Shown: positions 63,193 through 64,000 of the stretch, one piece after another | How the letters are laid out: every line of letters starts with the position of its first letter | Numbering within the stretch: the stretch's first letter is position 1 | Assembly: GCA_038087875.1 (NCBI GenBank) | Contig: CM075999.1 | Span: 2,420,001 to 2,484,000 of the forward strand | DNA: 64,000 nucleotides | Direction: 5' to 3' | Source of the DNA: Malacoraja senta | Taxonomy: Eukaryota | Program-made: the position numbers and the translations under genes | The notes under the pieces: generated by a model | The model's input: the letters and a program-made list of their open reading frames with translations, nothing else | Database searches by the model: none | What the model was told of the DNA's origin: nothing

Positions 63193-64000
63193 CGATTTAT
63201 TGAACTGGTGTACGCCAGCCAGCAGGCCGGCCAAAGCTCACCTGTCCAGTGTGACTCCGGCACATTTATACACTCGCGGACGACAAGATTACTCAGACGA
63301 AAACGATGCACAAAAAGCTGGAGTAACTCAGCGGGACAGGCAGCATGTTGTTTAAGAAGGAACTGCAAATGCTGGAAAATCCCAGGTACACAAAAATGCT
63401 GGAGAAACTCAGCGGGGCAGCTGCATCTATGGAGCCACAAAAATGCTGGAGAAACTCAGCAGGTGCAGCAGCATCTATGGAGCTGAAGAAGGGTTTGGCC
63501 CGAAACATTGCCTATTTCCTTCGCTCCATAGATGCTGCTGCCCCGCTGAGTTTCTCCAGCATTTTTGTCTACCTGGGACAGACAGCATCTGTGGAGAACA
63601 GGAATAGGTGACGTTTCGGGTCGAGACCATTCTTCAGACTGATGTGGGGGGAGGTGGGGGCAGGAAGAAGAAAGGAAGAGGCGGAGACAGTGGGCTGTGC
63701 GAGAACTGGGAAGGGGAGGGGAAGGAGGAGAAAGCAAGGACTACCTGAAATTGGAGAAGTCAATGTTCATACCGCTGGGGTGTAAACTACCCGAGCGAAA
63801 TATGAGGTAGTGACTCCCACCAATTTGCGGTGGGACTCACTCTGGCCATGGAGGAGGCCCAGGACAACAACTATTATGTTGGCCCATTGAGTCCACACTG
63901 ACCATCGATCAACCATCGTAGTTCCATATTATTCCAGTTACACATCCTGTACATTAGGGGCAATTTCCAAAAGCCAATTAACCTACAAACCTGTACGTCC

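Noticed and set aside
1..64000. Prokaryotic-style system (retron, DGR, defence operon)
   Set aside because: All RT sequences are non-LTR retrotransposon types, there is no operon-like gene density, and the DNA is vertebrate repeat-rich sequence.

Overview
Eukaryotic, repeat-saturated vertebrate DNA. The repeat complement (HE1-like tRNA-derived V-SINEs with (TAAAC)n tails, CR1/HER1-like LINEs, Penelope-like elements) points to a cartilaginous fish, most likely a skate or ray (inference). I found no recognisable host protein-coding exon, so the window looks like a large intron or gene desert. Nearly all listed ORFs are transposon fragments or antisense/low-complexity artefacts. Main content: one near-complete but frameshifted CR1 LINE (ORF1 SGNH-esterase tail, APE endonuclease, RT; ~51105-54672), a second truncated CR1, many CR1/Rex1/L1/Tx1 3' fragments, about 20 SINEs, Penelope-like GIY-YIG remnants, and dozens of short, often palindromic Penelope-derived elements carrying a minimal hammerhead-ribozyme motif. 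There are also several Harbinger-type MITE families sharing one terminus, a hAT MITE and a ~95-bp Helitron-like element. Most notable: (i) the hammerhead-bearing foldback elements and their 34-bp and 66-bp tandem derivatives, including a composite unit found twice in inverted orientation; (ii) repeated MITE insertion at the same SINE positions; (iii) a right-end/left-end MITE junction resembling a reintegrated circle; (iv) a ~0.85-kb inversion inferred from an inverted TSD. Coordinates were counted by eye and may be off by a few bases; family names are from recall, not database searches.
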